Below the pieces are notes generated by a model that saw nothing but the letters and a program-made list of their open reading frames with translations, searched no databases and was not told the origin of the DNA. The position numbers were made by a program, and so were the translations under genes. DNA of 64,000 nucleotides from Podarcis muralis (taxonomy: Eukaryota): contig NC_135655.1 of assembly GCF_964188315.1 (NCBI RefSeq), positions 101,494,001 to 101,558,000 on the forward strand. Direction: 5' to 3'. This document shows positions 63,285 through 64,000 of the stretch, piece by piece (positions within the stretch are counted from its first letter, which is position 1; the number at the start of each line of letters is the position of its first letter).

Positions 63285-64000
63285 CCCCCACTCAGTCACT
63301 AGCCAATCTGAGCTGGGGAAGTTCCTTCCTAATCCCAAAGATGGCAATTAGCCAAGCCCATCCATAGAGCTTGCCAGAGATCATGAAATTAACATGCTCC
63401 CTGATGAGCTAACAAGCTGATTAGTGTATCCCGTTAGTAATTACCACACTGAAAAGTAGACCACAGCTTTAAAGCCACTATGCATCTTTGTAGAGAGGGA
63501 AAAACGATACACCTTAACAGATTAAAAAGCAATGAGCAGGTGAGCAATTAAGTGAGCAGCCTGCAGAGAGGGCACATCAGTCAGAGGAGAAGCAATTAAC
63601 ACCCTTTTTAGTTTAGCTAAGCACAAACACCCCCTTTCAAATGTAGCACCACACAAGCAGCCAGGCAGGGGGCGGGGGGGGGGGGAGAGAGAGAGAGAGC
63701 TGAGACATTTATTTGAACACATGCAGTAATTAGACAAGAGGTACACCAAAATAAAATGTAGGCCACACAAATATGTTGTTTATATAAGGATAATATTTGA
63801 AGTTAAGCAAATTTTAGTTTTGGCTCTTTTCGCATCAATTCTGCGTACATTGTATAGGGCACAAAGGAAAGTACTATATCTGCATGAATACAAAAAACGA
63901 TACTGCTACCAGTTCTAACTTCTGTCAACATTACTGTTTGCCTGTTACTGTAACGTTATAGCAAAATGATTTATATTTGTTAACTCTGGGGTACCTTAGG

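Noticed and set aside
63430-63610. Unique segment with two GCAATTAA motifs between microsatellites, possible enhancer or cassette exon
   Set aside because: Short common motifs; conservation cannot be assessed from this sequence alone.

Overview
Vertebrate genomic DNA from a squamate reptile, probably a lacertid lizard judging by its Sauria SINE, Bov-B and MITE content. The window covers most of MBD5 (methyl-CpG-binding domain protein 5) on the + strand: about 30 kb of 5' intronic/UTR sequence, then eight coding exons (30549-30661, 32221-32323, 36091-36271, 37824-39968, 50705-51736, 53504-53712, 57135-58343, 62750-62823). They splice in frame with canonical sites, from the N-terminal MBD domain to the PWWP domain; the last exons lie beyond the window. 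A 132-N run hides 44 codons of the large exon. The introns hold a typical squamate repeat landscape: 8 Sauria SINEs, 2 Bov-B and several L2/CR1/L1 LINE fragments, other tRNA SINEs, Tc1/mariner and hAT MITEs, an LTR-like remnant and microsatellites. There are no prokaryotic features, CRISPR arrays or real RNA genes, and I see no convincing new gene system. The best second-look items are MBD5 regulatory features (uORF-dense leader with a 53-aa uORF, an internal GC donor, a strong 5' splice site rebuilt at an exon junction), a MITE built from six consecutive hairpins, and closely spaced inverted SINE pairs. Comparisons to human MBD5 and repeat family names come from recalled knowledge, not from a database search.
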